Made by a program: the position numbers and the translations under genes. Below, piece by piece: positions 38,717-47,692 of a stretch of DNA of 64,000 bases. A model generated the notes under the pieces. That model was not told where the DNA came from and made no database searches. It worked only from the letters and a program-made list of their open reading frames with translations. Origin of the DNA: Candidatus Eiseniibacteriota bacterium (GTDB lineage Bacteria > Eisenbacteria > RBG-16-71-46); NCBI GenBank assembly GCA_963707915.1, contig OY970178.1, positions 3,040,001-3,104,000 of the forward strand, written 5' to 3'. The first letter of the stretch is position 1; each line of letters starts with the position of its first letter.

Positions 38717-38761
38717 GCCGCCGGGCATGGGCCTTGCGCGGCTCCGGCGACCCCTTTTCGG

Positions 38762-38789
38762 TTGAGTCCTGCCGCCCCGGTGGTATAGT
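38762..38789 (+). promoter_or_regulatory. Promoter (TTGAGT-N16-TATAGT, extended TG) upstream of the OB-fold gene pair
   Basis: ttgagt at 38762-38767, tggtatagt at 38781-38789; about 180 nt of leader to the ATG, which has a GAGGAG RBS. Confidence 0.55.
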
Positions 38790-38975
38790 TATCCTATTCC
38801 TTGCGGCCGGTCCGGGAGGCGCCACCGAGCGTAGCTGCGTGCGGGGGCTTCCGGAGCAGCCGGAGTGAGGACTCGCACCCTCGGGCTGACACCTGCTGGA
38901 GGAGGTACACCGACCGCGAAGTAGTCCCTGCCTCCCAACACCTCGACCCATGCACCAGGAAAGAGAGGAGTCACA

Positions 38976-41042
38976 ATGAGTCGGCTTGTTAGCACGTTGT
39001 TCGCCGTAGCGCTCCTGGCTTCCGTCGCCTCCACCGCCTTCGCCGCGGACAAGTATCCCCCGGGGCCCGCCTACCGCTCCTGCCCCGACAGCGTGACCCT
39101 GTTCCAGGTCCAGCAGGCGGACACCACGCTGAACCCCTGCTACCCCGCCATCGGCGACACGGTCCAGGGTCTCCGCGGCATCATCACCGGCTTCCGGCTC
39201 CGCTCCACCGGCCGCATCTACTTCGAGAAGGCCGACGCCTCCGACTACAACGCGCTGCAGGTCTACACCGTCGGTCACACCGAGAGCCAGGGCTTCGCGC
39301 TCGGTGACGAGATCTCGGTCACCGGTCTCTCGCAGGCCTACCAGGGCGAGAGCCAGCTCCAGGGCGCGCTCGGCACCTCGCTGACCGTGCGCAAGATCAG
39401 CAGCGGCAATCCGCTCCCGGCCGCCCGCATTGGCACCACGACCACCTTCAAGTGGGCTCCGGCCGTGGGCGCGGGCAGCGCGTTCGCGACCTGCAACCCG
39501 GCGGAAGGCATGTTCGTCCGGGTCAACGGCCCGCTCACGGTCGCTCGCACGCAGGCCGGCGCCGGCCTCTTCAACCTCACCAACTGGCTGCTGGTCAACG
39601 CCAACGGCAGCGCCCCCGGCGACAGCCTCCTGATCGACGGCTACACGCTGCCGATCCTCAACATCAACGCCCCGCCGCTGGGCGCGCAGGTCGACTGGGT
39701 GCAGGGCATCCTGCGCCGCGCCACCAACAACGGCGTCGACTGCTGGATCCTCTCGCTGCGCGACGTGAACGACCAGCAGGTCGCGGCTCCGCCGAGCCTG
39801 TCGGAGGCCTACCCGGTCGCCGAGAACGTCATCCGCCTGCTGTTCGACAAGAACCTCGACCTGGCGACCGCCCAGGACCCGCTCAACTACACGCTGGGCT
39901 CGGCGCTGAGCGGCTCTGAAGTGACGAGCGCCGTGCTGGTCGGCGGGGCGGGAAGCGCCGTTGACCTGACCATCACGGAAGTCCTGCCGCGTCTCACGTA
40001 CGAGACCATCCAGTCCAGCGGCATCGGCTCGGCGACCTGCCCGACCTGCGTCTCTGCGCAGCAGTCGCTGGGCTTCACGCTGGGCATCGTCTCCTGCGCC
40101 GAGGTCCAGGCGCCGCTGGCGGACTCGCTCGCCGGCGTGCCGTGCCTCGACAAGTCGCGCTTCGCGGCCGGCGGCTCGAGCTGGGGCGCGCGGCTCACCG
40201 TGCGCGGCGTGTTCGTGAAGCAGTACGGCACGCTCTACTTCATGGAGGATGCGGCGGGCGGACAGCGCAGTGGCGTCGCCGCCTACAACGTGCCCTTCGG
40301 CATGACGGTCGGCCACCAGTACCTGCTGGCCTGCCGCGTGCAGGAGTTCTACGGGATGACCGAGCTGTCCAACCCCGCCGGCCTGATCGACGAGGGCGTG
40401 GTCGCGGTCCCGGCGCCGCAGCTTCAGACCGTGGGCGTGCTCAACAGCGCGGCCTGCGATCCGACGCAGACCATCACCAACGCCGAGGACTACGAGGGCG
40501 TGCTGGTGCGGGTCGAGAACGTCAAGGTCGTGCCGTTCAACACCGACCCGGTGCTGCCGTCGCAGGGTGGCTCGTTCCGCGTCGTCGCTCTGCCGGCCCT
40601 GGCCGACACGATCCTGGTGTCGAGCCTTGGCAACACCTACCCTGACTTCACGCCGGTCGTGAACCAGCTGCTGAACATCAACGGCGTGCTGAACATCGAC
40701 ACCGACGTGCCCCGCATCCTGCCGCGCAGCAGTGCGGACATCACCGTCCTGGGCATGCTGGGCGTGCCGGGGACCTCGGCCCCGACCAAGGTCACGTTCT
40801 CGGTCGGTCCGAACCCGGCTCGCGTCGCCAACATCCGCTTCGCGCTGCCGAAGCAGGCTGAAGTCGACCTGTCGGTCTTCGACCTGTCGGGCCGCAAGAT
40901 CGTCACGCTGGCGAAGGGCTCGATGGCCGCGAAGTCGTACGAGTACAAGTGGGACGGCTCCGGCGCCGGCGCCGGTGTCTACTTCGTCCGCCTGCGGGTC
41001 GGTTCGGAGACGTACAACCTCCGCACCGTCACGCTGAAGTAA
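38976..41042 (+). CDS. Secreted OB-fold-repeat protein with a C-terminal sorting domain (copy A)
   Basis: Signal peptide. Two YhcR/ExeM-like OB modules (GDEISVTG..AYQGESQL, EGMFVRV; VQEFYGMTEL, EDYEGVLVRVENV, ILPRSSADI), an Ig-like spacer, CTD PNPAR...FDLSGRKI...GVYFVRL. Confidence 0.75.
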   Translation: MSRLVSTLFAVALLASVASTAFAADKYPPGPAYRSCPDSVTLFQVQQADTTLNPCYPAIGDTVQGLRGIITGFRLRSTGRIYFEKADASDYNALQVYTVGHTESQGFALGDEISVTGLSQAYQGESQLQGALGTSLTVRKISSGNPLPAARIGTTTTFKWAPAVGAGSAFATCNPAEGMFVRVNGPLTVARTQAGAGLFNLTNWLLVNANGSAPGDSLLIDGYTLPILNINAPPLGAQVDWVQGILRRATNNGVDCWILSLRDVNDQQVAAPPSLSEAYPVAENVIRLLFDKNLDLATAQDPLNYTLGSALSGSEVTSAVLVGGAGSAVDLTITEVLPRLTYETIQSSGIGSATCPTCVSAQQSLGFTLGIVSCAEVQAPLADSLAGVPCLDKSRFAAGGSSWGARLTVRGVFVKQYGTLYFMEDAAGGQRSGVAAYNVPFGMTVGHQYLLACRVQEFYGMTELSNPAGLIDEGVVAVPAPQLQTVGVLNSAACDPTQTITNAEDYEGVLVRVENVKVVPFNTDPVLPSQGGSFRVVALPALADTILVSSLGNTYPDFTPVVNQLLNINGVLNIDTDVPRILPRSSADITVLGMLGVPGTSAPTKVTFSVGPNPARVANIRFALPKQAEVDLSVFDLSGRKIVTLAKGSMAAKSYEYKWDGSGAGAGVYFVRLRVGSETYNLRTVTLK

Positions 41043-41063
41043 CCGCAGTCCGAGTCACCCGCG

Positions 41064-41100
41064 CGGCCGGGCCTCTTCGGAGGCCCGGCCGTCGGTTCTT
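41064..41100 (+). terminator. Intrinsic terminator-like hairpin (12-bp stem, UUCG loop)
   Basis: cggccgggcctc-ttcg-gaggcccggccg followed by a weak U-tract tcggttctt. Confidence 0.7.
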
Positions 41101-41114
41101 GGGGGAGGAGCACG

Positions 41115-43190
41115 ATGGGCCGCTTCGTCACCACGTCGTTCGCCGTAGCGCTCCTGGCTTCCGTCGCCTCCACCGCGTCTGCCATTGACAAGTATCCTCC
41201 GGGGCCCGCCTACCGCTCCTGCCCCGACAGCGTGACCCTCTTCCAGGTCCAGCAGGCGGACACCACGCTGAACCCCTGCCACCCCGCCATCGGCGACACG
41301 GTCCAGGGCCTCCGCGGCATCATCACCGGCTTCCGGCTCCGCTCCACCGGCCGGACCTACTTCGAGAAGGCTGACGCGTCCGACTACAACGCGCTGCAGG
41401 TCTTCACCGTCGGGCACCTGGAGAGTCAGGGTTTCGCCCTCGGCGACGAGATCTCGGTCACCGGACTCTCGCAGGCGTACCAGGGCGAGAGCCAGCTCCA
41501 GGGCACCCTCGGCACCTCCCTCACGGTCCGCAGGATTAGCAGCGGCAATCCGCTCCCGCCCGCCCGCGTCGGCACCACCTCCGACTACAAGTGGACCCCG
41601 GCCGTGGGCGCGGGCAGCGCGTTCGCGACCTGCAACCCGGCGGAAGGCATGTTGGTCCGGGTCAACGGCCCGCTCAAGGTCGCCCGCACGCAGGCCGGCG
41701 CCGGCCTCTACGCCCAAACCAACTGGCTGCTGGTCAACTCCGACGGCAGCGCCCCCGGCGACAGCATCCTCATCGATGGGTACACGCTTCCGATTCTCAA
41801 CATCACCGCGCCGCCGCTCAACACGGTGGTCGACGGGGTCCGGGGCATCCTGCGCCGGGGCACCAACAACGGCGTGGACTGCTGGATGATCTCCCTGCTC
41901 GACGCGAACGACCAACCGCTTCCGCTCCCCCCCAATCTGTCGGAGGCCTACCCCATCGCCGAGAACCGGATCCGGCTCCTCTTCGACAAGAACGTGGACG
42001 TGGCGACCGCGGAGAACGAGGGGAACTACGCGCTGGGTTCGGCCATCGGCGGCTCTTCCGTGGATCTCGCCACGGTGGTTGGCGGGTCCGGGAACGTCGT
42101 GGACCTGACCGTCACGGAGACCCAGGCGCGGCTCTCGCTCGAATCGATCCAGACCGAGAACCTCGGCTCGGCGACGTGCCCGGACTGCCGCTCGCCGCAG
42201 CAGTCGCTGAGCTTCGTTCTCGGCGTGCTCTCCTGCGCGGAGGTCCAGGCGCCGCTGGCGGACTCGCTCGGCGGCTCGTCGTGCCTCGACAAGTCGCGCT
42301 TCGCGGGCGACGGCTCCTCCTGGGGCGCGCGGCTCACCGTGCGCGGGGTGTTCGTGAAGCAGTACGGCACGCTCTACTTCATGGAGGATGCGGCGGGCGG
42401 ACAGCGCAGTGGCGTCGCCGCCTACAACGTGCCCTTCGGCATGACGGTCGGCCACCAGTACCTGCTGGCCTGCCGCGTCCAGGAGTATTACGGCATGACC
42501 GAGCTGGCCAACCCCGCGGGCCTGATCGACGAGGGCGAGGTCGCGGTCCCGGCGCCGCAGCTCCAGACCGTGGGGGTGCTCAACAACGTGGCCTGCGATC
42601 CGACGCAGACCATCACCAACGCCGAGGACTACGAGGGCGTGCTGGTGCGGGTCGAGAACGTCAAGGTCGTGCCGTTCAACACCGACCCGGTGCTGCCGTT
42701 GCAGGGCGGCTCGTTCCGCGTCGTCGCTCTGCCGGCCCTGGCCGACACGATCCTGGTGTCGAGCCTCGGCAACACCTACCCCGACTTCACGCCGTTCGTG
42801 GACCAGCTGCTGAACATCAACGGCGTGCTGAACATCGACACCGACGTGCCGCGCATCCTGCCGCGCAGCAGCGCGGACATCTCCATGTGCTATCTGCTGG
42901 GTTGCCTGGACGTCCCGCCGACCGGGCCTTCGTCCGGGGTGACCTTCTCGGTCGGTCCGAACCCGGCTCGCGTCGCCAACATCCGCTTCGCGCTGCCGAA
43001 GCAGGCTGAAGTCGACCTGTCGGTCTTCGACCTGTCGGGCCGCAAGATCGTCACGCTGGCGAAGGGCTCGATGGCCGCGAAGTCGTACGAGTACAAGTGG
43101 GACGGCTCCGGCGCCGGCGCCGGCGTCTACTTCGTCCGCCTGCGGGTCGGTTCGGAGACGTACAACCTCCGCACCGTCACGCTGAAGTAA
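41115..43190 (+). CDS. Secreted OB-fold-repeat protein with a C-terminal sorting domain (copy B, tandem paralog)
   Basis: Collinear with copy A, with long identical stretches; own GGAGGAG RBS. Confidence 0.78.
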   Translation: MGRFVTTSFAVALLASVASTASAIDKYPPGPAYRSCPDSVTLFQVQQADTTLNPCHPAIGDTVQGLRGIITGFRLRSTGRTYFEKADASDYNALQVFTVGHLESQGFALGDEISVTGLSQAYQGESQLQGTLGTSLTVRRISSGNPLPPARVGTTSDYKWTPAVGAGSAFATCNPAEGMLVRVNGPLKVARTQAGAGLYAQTNWLLVNSDGSAPGDSILIDGYTLPILNITAPPLNTVVDGVRGILRRGTNNGVDCWMISLLDANDQPLPLPPNLSEAYPIAENRIRLLFDKNVDVATAENEGNYALGSAIGGSSVDLATVVGGSGNVVDLTVTETQARLSLESIQTENLGSATCPDCRSPQQSLSFVLGVLSCAEVQAPLADSLGGSSCLDKSRFAGDGSSWGARLTVRGVFVKQYGTLYFMEDAAGGQRSGVAAYNVPFGMTVGHQYLLACRVQEYYGMTELANPAGLIDEGEVAVPAPQLQTVGVLNNVACDPTQTITNAEDYEGVLVRVENVKVVPFNTDPVLPLQGGSFRVVALPALADTILVSSLGNTYPDFTPFVDQLLNINGVLNIDTDVPRILPRSSADISMCYLLGCLDVPPTGPSSGVTFSVGPNPARVANIRFALPKQAEVDLSVFDLSGRKIVTLAKGSMAAKSYEYKWDGSGAGAGVYFVRLRVGSETYNLRTVTLK

Positions 43191-43211
43191 CCGCAGTCCG
43201 AGTCACCCGCG

Positions 43212-43250
43212 CGGCCGGGCCTCTTCGGAGGCCCGGCCGTCGCGTTTGTA
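43212..43250 (+). terminator. Intrinsic terminator-like hairpin (duplicate of 41064-41091)
   Basis: Same 12-bp stem and TTCG loop, followed by tcgcgtttgta. Confidence 0.7.
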
Positions 43251-43426
43251 TGCGACGCGTAAACATTGGATGTCGCGGCCGACAACTTGACACGCTCCGA
43301 CGCGGTCTGATTATGTGAAACGAACGCGGCCATCTGCCGAAAGGAGATCCCCCGATGGGCCGCGACCGGAGAAGCTCATTGGGCCCCGAACCTAGCAGCA
43401 TGATGCGCAACGAAAGGAGAACTACG

Positions 43427-45256
43427 ATGCGCCGTGTAGTCGCCCCATTCGTGCTCGCGTCGGTCGCCGCCATCCTGCTCTTGAGTCCTTCCGCCGCTAC
43501 CTCCGATCCTGCCGACGCTCACTGGTCCGCTCTAGCATCCGAGACGGACGGCGCCATCCATGCCCTGGTGGAGGATGGCGCAGGAAACCTGTACGCCGGT
43601 GGTGCGTTCTGGAACGCCGGTGGAGAGTATGCCGGATACGTCGCCAAGTGGGATGGGACTGGCTGGTCCCCGCTGGGCTGGGGGATGAACGGCCCGGTGT
43701 ACGCACTGGCAGTGGACAGCGGCGGAAACCTCTACGCTGGAGGCGCCTTCTCCTACGCCGGGGAAGTGGATGCCAACCGCGTAGCCAAGTGGAATGGGAC
43801 TGCATGGTCGGCCCTGGGCTCGGGGGTCAGCGGGATCATGGGGTCCACGGTGAGGGCTCTTGAACTGGACAGCGGCGGCAACCTGTTCGTCGGCGGGTTC
43901 TTCGAGCAGGCGGGTGGGGTGTGGACCAATTGTCTGGCCAAGTGGAACGTGCAGTCGCAGACTTGGTCGGCGGTCTCCGGGCTGAACTCCGACGTGTTGG
44001 CTCTGGAGGCGGACGGCATTGGGAACCTGTATGTAGGCGGTGGCTTCACCAACGTGGGGGGGGAGGGTGGCAACTACGTCGCCAAGTGGAATGGGACAAG
44101 CTGGTCGACCCTGGGCTCGGGCATGAACTATGTGGTCCGGACCCTGAAGTTGGGCAATGACGGAAGCATTTACGCCGGCGGGGACTTCTGGTGGGCGGGG
44201 GGCGTGAACGCCAACTCCGTGGCCAAGTGGAATGGGGCGAATTGGTCGGCGTTGGGTGAGGGCATGGACGACCACGGCTACCACCGTCCGTTCGTGTATT
44301 CCCTGGCAATGGACGATGGTGGGACGCTGTACGCGGGTGGTGAGTTCGCAGCCGCCGGGGCCTCGGCTGCCCCGTTCATCGCGAAGTGGGATGGGACGAG
44401 TTGGTCTCCCATGGGCTCGGGGATGAACCACATCGTTCATGCGGTGGTGGTCGCCGGCAGCGGGAATCTGTACGCTGGCGGCCAATTCACCACCGCGGGG
44501 GGCAAGTCCGCGAACTACCTGGCAGTCTGGGATGCTGTGCCTCCGGCTGCGGTGACCAATCTTGGCGCCTCGTCCGGCAGGTACACAGCAACGGTGGGAT
44601 GGGTCGCGCCCGGCGATGACGGGAACAACGGGACCGCCACGGGCTACGATCTGCGCCGCTCGACGAACCCGATCAACGCCGGCAACTTCGCCAACGCGAC
44701 CGTCATCACGACCCCCGCCCCCGGGCCTGCGGGTACGACCGAATGCGTGGAGTTGTCGGGGCTGTCCGGCTGCACGACTTACTACTTCGCGCTCAAGACC
44801 GTGGACGAGGCCGGCAACTGGTCGGCGCTCAGCAATCTCCCGAGTACGACGACGCGCTGTTCCGGCAGCCTGGCGGTGGTCTGCAATACCGGCGACATGA
44901 TGGCTGGGCCAGGAGACGCTGAGGCGGCGCTGGGTGCCACGGCCGAGGTGGGAGAGAAGGCCGACGTGATCGAGTTCTCGCTTGGCGCGCCGCGTCCGAA
45001 CCCTGGACGGGACCTTGTCCGTTTGACCTTCGCTGTCCCCGGGCGCGCCGAGGGGCTGCCCTATGATCTCGGCGTATTCGATGTCGCTGGACGTCGCGTG
45101 GCCAGCTTGGACGCTGGAATCGCCAAGACGGGCAGATTTACCGCGGAGTGGGATCTGCGGGGGGCTGCGGCAGGATCCGTTGGTGGAGGCATCTACTTCA
45201 TCCGGCTGCGTCTGGGCGAGGAACAGCAGGTGCGTGCGGTGACAGTGGCCCGCTGA
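43427..45256 (+). CDS. Secreted 7-bladed beta-propeller protein with FN3 and a C-terminal sorting domain
   Basis: GAAAGGAG RBS, signal peptide. Seven ALxxDxxGNLYAGGxF..AGG..AKWxG..WSxLG repeats; FN3 (WVAPGDDG..YDLR, YYFALKTVDEAGNWS); CTD PRPNPG..FDVAGRRV..GIYFIRL. Confidence 0.85.
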   Translation: MRRVVAPFVLASVAAILLLSPSAATSDPADAHWSALASETDGAIHALVEDGAGNLYAGGAFWNAGGEYAGYVAKWDGTGWSPLGWGMNGPVYALAVDSGGNLYAGGAFSYAGEVDANRVAKWNGTAWSALGSGVSGIMGSTVRALELDSGGNLFVGGFFEQAGGVWTNCLAKWNVQSQTWSAVSGLNSDVLALEADGIGNLYVGGGFTNVGGEGGNYVAKWNGTSWSTLGSGMNYVVRTLKLGNDGSIYAGGDFWWAGGVNANSVAKWNGANWSALGEGMDDHGYHRPFVYSLAMDDGGTLYAGGEFAAAGASAAPFIAKWDGTSWSPMGSGMNHIVHAVVVAGSGNLYAGGQFTTAGGKSANYLAVWDAVPPAAVTNLGASSGRYTATVGWVAPGDDGNNGTATGYDLRRSTNPINAGNFANATVITTPAPGPAGTTECVELSGLSGCTTYYFALKTVDEAGNWSALSNLPSTTTRCSGSLAVVCNTGDMMAGPGDAEAALGATAEVGEKADVIEFSLGAPRPNPGRDLVRLTFAVPGRAEGLPYDLGVFDVAGRRVASLDAGIAKTGRFTAEWDLRGAAAGSVGGGIYFIRLRLGEEQQVRAVTVAR

Positions 45257-45389
45257 TAGTCGACGATCCGAATCGACTCTAGGGGGCGCATCTCCGGCGG
45301 CCACTCCACGGGGTGGCCGCCAGCCTCTCGGGGCCGGCCTCTGCGCGGTGAGCTCCGGTCGCGGGCCTTGGCAGCGCCCGGCCGCCCGA

Positions 45390-45419
45390 TTGCGCCACCC
45401 TTCGGGACGCTCCTATAAT
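45390..45419 (+). promoter_or_regulatory. Promoter of the E2-lip cluster (TTGCGC-N18-TATAAT)
   Basis: Perfect -10 at 45414-45419 in a GC-rich background. Confidence 0.6.
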
Positions 45420-45535
45420 CCGGCGCTCGCACGGGAGCCTGCGGAGCCCGCTCCGTCGCCGCCCGTCCGTTCGTCTGCCTCCGTCGTCCCAGGACTCCGG
45501 CCCCGGCCGGAGCGGCCGCGCTCCCCGGAGAACCG

Positions 45536-46894
45536 ATGCCCATCTCGATCGTGGTGCCCCAGCTGGGCGAGAGCGTCACGGAAGGGACCGTCTCGAAGTG
45601 GCTGAAGCAGGCCGGCGAGCGGGTGCGCAAGGACGAGCCGCTGGTCGAGATCCAGACCGACAAGATCAACGTCGAGCTGCCCTCGCCGGCCGAGGGGGTG
45701 CTCGAAGCCATCCTGGTGCCCGAGGGCACGACCGTGCTGGTGGGCACCGAGATCGGCGTGCTGGGGACCCCGGCGGCCGGTGACGCGGTGCCGGCGCCCG
45801 CTGCGGTCCCTGCTGCCGTGCCGCCGCCCCCCGCTGCGGCGCCCGCGGGCGGGGGGCCGGTTCCCGCGCCCTCCGCTCCGGCCGCACTCCCGCCAGCCGC
45901 CCCCACGGTGGCCCGGCCCGGCCCGGATGCCGGCGGGGACTCGGCGCGCGAAGGGAACTTCTCGCCGGCGGTGCGCAGGCTCATGCGCGAGCACAACGTC
46001 TCGCTGTCGGAGGTCGCCGCGATCCGCGGGAAGGGCCTCGCCGGCCGGGTGTCCCGCGACGACCTGCTGGAGTACCTGAAGGGCCGGGCCACGCCGCCTG
46101 CGGCCGCTTCCGCCGGGCCGCCGCCGGCGGCCCCGGTCGCGCCCGCCCTGGCGCTGCCCGGGACCGCCCCGGCCATGGCGCCGGCGCCGTCCGGCCTGCG
46201 CGAGGAGCTGGTCCCGTTCTCGAAGGTGCGCAAGCTCATCGCCGAGAACATGGTTCGCGCCAAGCACACCGCCGCCCACACCCACTGCTTCGACGAGACC
46301 GACATGAGCGCCATCGTCGCGCTGCGCCGGGAGTGGGCGCCGAAGCTCGAGCCGCAGGGCGTGCATCTCACCTACATGCCGTTCTTCATCAAGGCCGCCG
46401 TGCTGGCCCTGAAGGAGTTCCCGTGGGTGAACGGCGAGGTGCGGGGCGAGGCCATGCTGGTGAAGCGCTACTACAACATCGGGATCGCCGTGGGGCGCGA
46501 GGAGAAGGGGCTCATCGTTCCGAACCTCAAGGACTGCGACCGCAAGAACCTGGTGCAGCTCGCCGGCGAGGTGAACGACCTGGCGGCGCGCGCCCGCGCC
46601 GACCGGCTCCGGCCCGACGAGATCGCGGGCGGCACCTTCAGCATCACCAACGCCGGCGTCTACGGCGCGCTGAACTCCGCGCCGGTGATCAACGTCCCCG
46701 AGGTGGCGATCCTCGGCGTGCACAAGATCGCCGAGCGCCCGGTCGCGCGCGGCGGGCAGGTGGTGGTGCGCCCGATGATGAACGTGGCGATCGGCTTCGA
46801 CCACCGCGTGGTGGACGGGGAGCTGGCGGTGAAGTTCCTGCGCCGCGTCTGCGAGCTGCTGGAGCGGCCGGAACTGCTCTGGTTCCACGCGTGA
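45536..46894 (+). CDS. 2-oxo-acid dehydrogenase E2, dihydrolipoamide acyltransferase
   Basis: One lipoyl domain (EIQTDKINVE), Pro/Ala linkers, E3-binding domain (SPAVRRL..GRVSRDD), catalytic DHRVVDG. Confidence 0.94.
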   Translation: MPISIVVPQLGESVTEGTVSKWLKQAGERVRKDEPLVEIQTDKINVELPSPAEGVLEAILVPEGTTVLVGTEIGVLGTPAAGDAVPAPAAVPAAVPPPPAAAPAGGGPVPAPSAPAALPPAAPTVARPGPDAGGDSAREGNFSPAVRRLMREHNVSLSEVAAIRGKGLAGRVSRDDLLEYLKGRATPPAAASAGPPPAAPVAPALALPGTAPAMAPAPSGLREELVPFSKVRKLIAENMVRAKHTAAHTHCFDETDMSAIVALRREWAPKLEPQGVHLTYMPFFIKAAVLALKEFPWVNGEVRGEAMLVKRYYNIGIAVGREEKGLIVPNLKDCDRKNLVQLAGEVNDLAARARADRLRPDEIAGGTFSITNAGVYGALNSAPVINVPEVAILGVHKIAERPVARGGQVVVRPMMNVAIGFDHRVVDGELAVKFLRRVCELLERPELLWFHA

Positions 46895-47643
46895 GCGGGA
46901 CCCTCTCGGTCTGCCACCTCGGCCCCACGCCCTACCGCGAGGGGCTCGCGCTCCAGGAGGCGCTGGTGCGGCGGCGCGTGGCGGACCGCGACGGCGGGCC
47001 CGGCGCGACCGACTGGCTGCTCTATCCCGACCACCCGCCGGTCCTGACCGTGGGCCGGGGCGGGAGCGAGCGGAGCCTGCGCGTGAGCCGGGAGTCGCTC
47101 GCCGGGCGCGGCGTCGAGTGGTTCGAGGCCGACCGCGGCGGCGACCTGACCTGGCACGGCCCGGGCCAGCTCGTGGGCTACCCGATCGTGGACCTGGAGG
47201 CGCGCGGCCGCGACCTGCACCGTTACCTGAGGGACCTCGAGGAGGTCCTGGTCCAGGCGCTCGAGGGCTGGGGGGTGCCCGCCCGGCGGGTGCCCGGCCG
47301 CACCGGGGTCTGGGTCGGGGAGGAGAAGATCGCCTCCATCGGCATCGGCGTGCGCCACTGGGTCGGCTTCCACGGGTTCGCGCTCAACGTGGCGCCGGAC
47401 ATGGGGTTCTTCGACCTCATCCATCCCTGCGGGCTGCGCGGCGTCCGGATGACCTCGGTTGCCGGGCGGCTCGGGGCCTCCGCGCCGACGCTGGACCGGG
47501 CCCGCCGCGAGGTGGCCGGGTTGCTGGCGCGCCGTCTGGGCCACGACGGGACCCGCTGGGTCCCGGCCGGGGAGGTCCGGAACCTGTTTGGCCGCATCGA
47601 AACCGTCACGGCCGTACACACCACCGCACACCACGCCGCCTGA
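46891..47643 (+). CDS. lipB: Octanoyltransferase
   Basis: GTGA overlap. HPPVLTVGR, DRGGDLTWHGPGQLVGYP, KIASIG, HGFALNV, IHPCGL. Confidence 0.94.
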   Translation: MSGTLSVCHLGPTPYREGLALQEALVRRRVADRDGGPGATDWLLYPDHPPVLTVGRGGSERSLRVSRESLAGRGVEWFEADRGGDLTWHGPGQLVGYPIVDLEARGRDLHRYLRDLEEVLVQALEGWGVPARRVPGRTGVWVGEEKIASIGIGVRHWVGFHGFALNVAPDMGFFDLIHPCGLRGVRMTSVAGRLGASAPTLDRARREVAGLLARRLGHDGTRWVPAGEVRNLFGRIETVTAVHTTAHHAA

Positions 47644-47692
47644 AGCGGCCATGACCGCCGGGGCCAGAGGTCCCGCCGGAAGGGAGAAGCGC

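Larger units (their letters stand above)
38976..43240 (+). repeat. Tandem duplication of about 2.14 kb (gene plus downstream hairpin)
   Basis: Offset 2139 nt at the starts and 2148 nt at the stops; the CTD-coding and 3' UTR sequences are nearly identical. Confidence 0.95.

Noticed and set aside
38976..43240. Diversity-generating retroelement template/variable repeat pair
   Set aside because: Differences are not adenine-specific, both copies are full genes, and no reverse transcriptase is present.
45760..46200. GC-rich low-complexity repeats within the E2 gene
   Set aside because: These are the normal Pro/Ala linkers of dihydrolipoamide acyltransferases.
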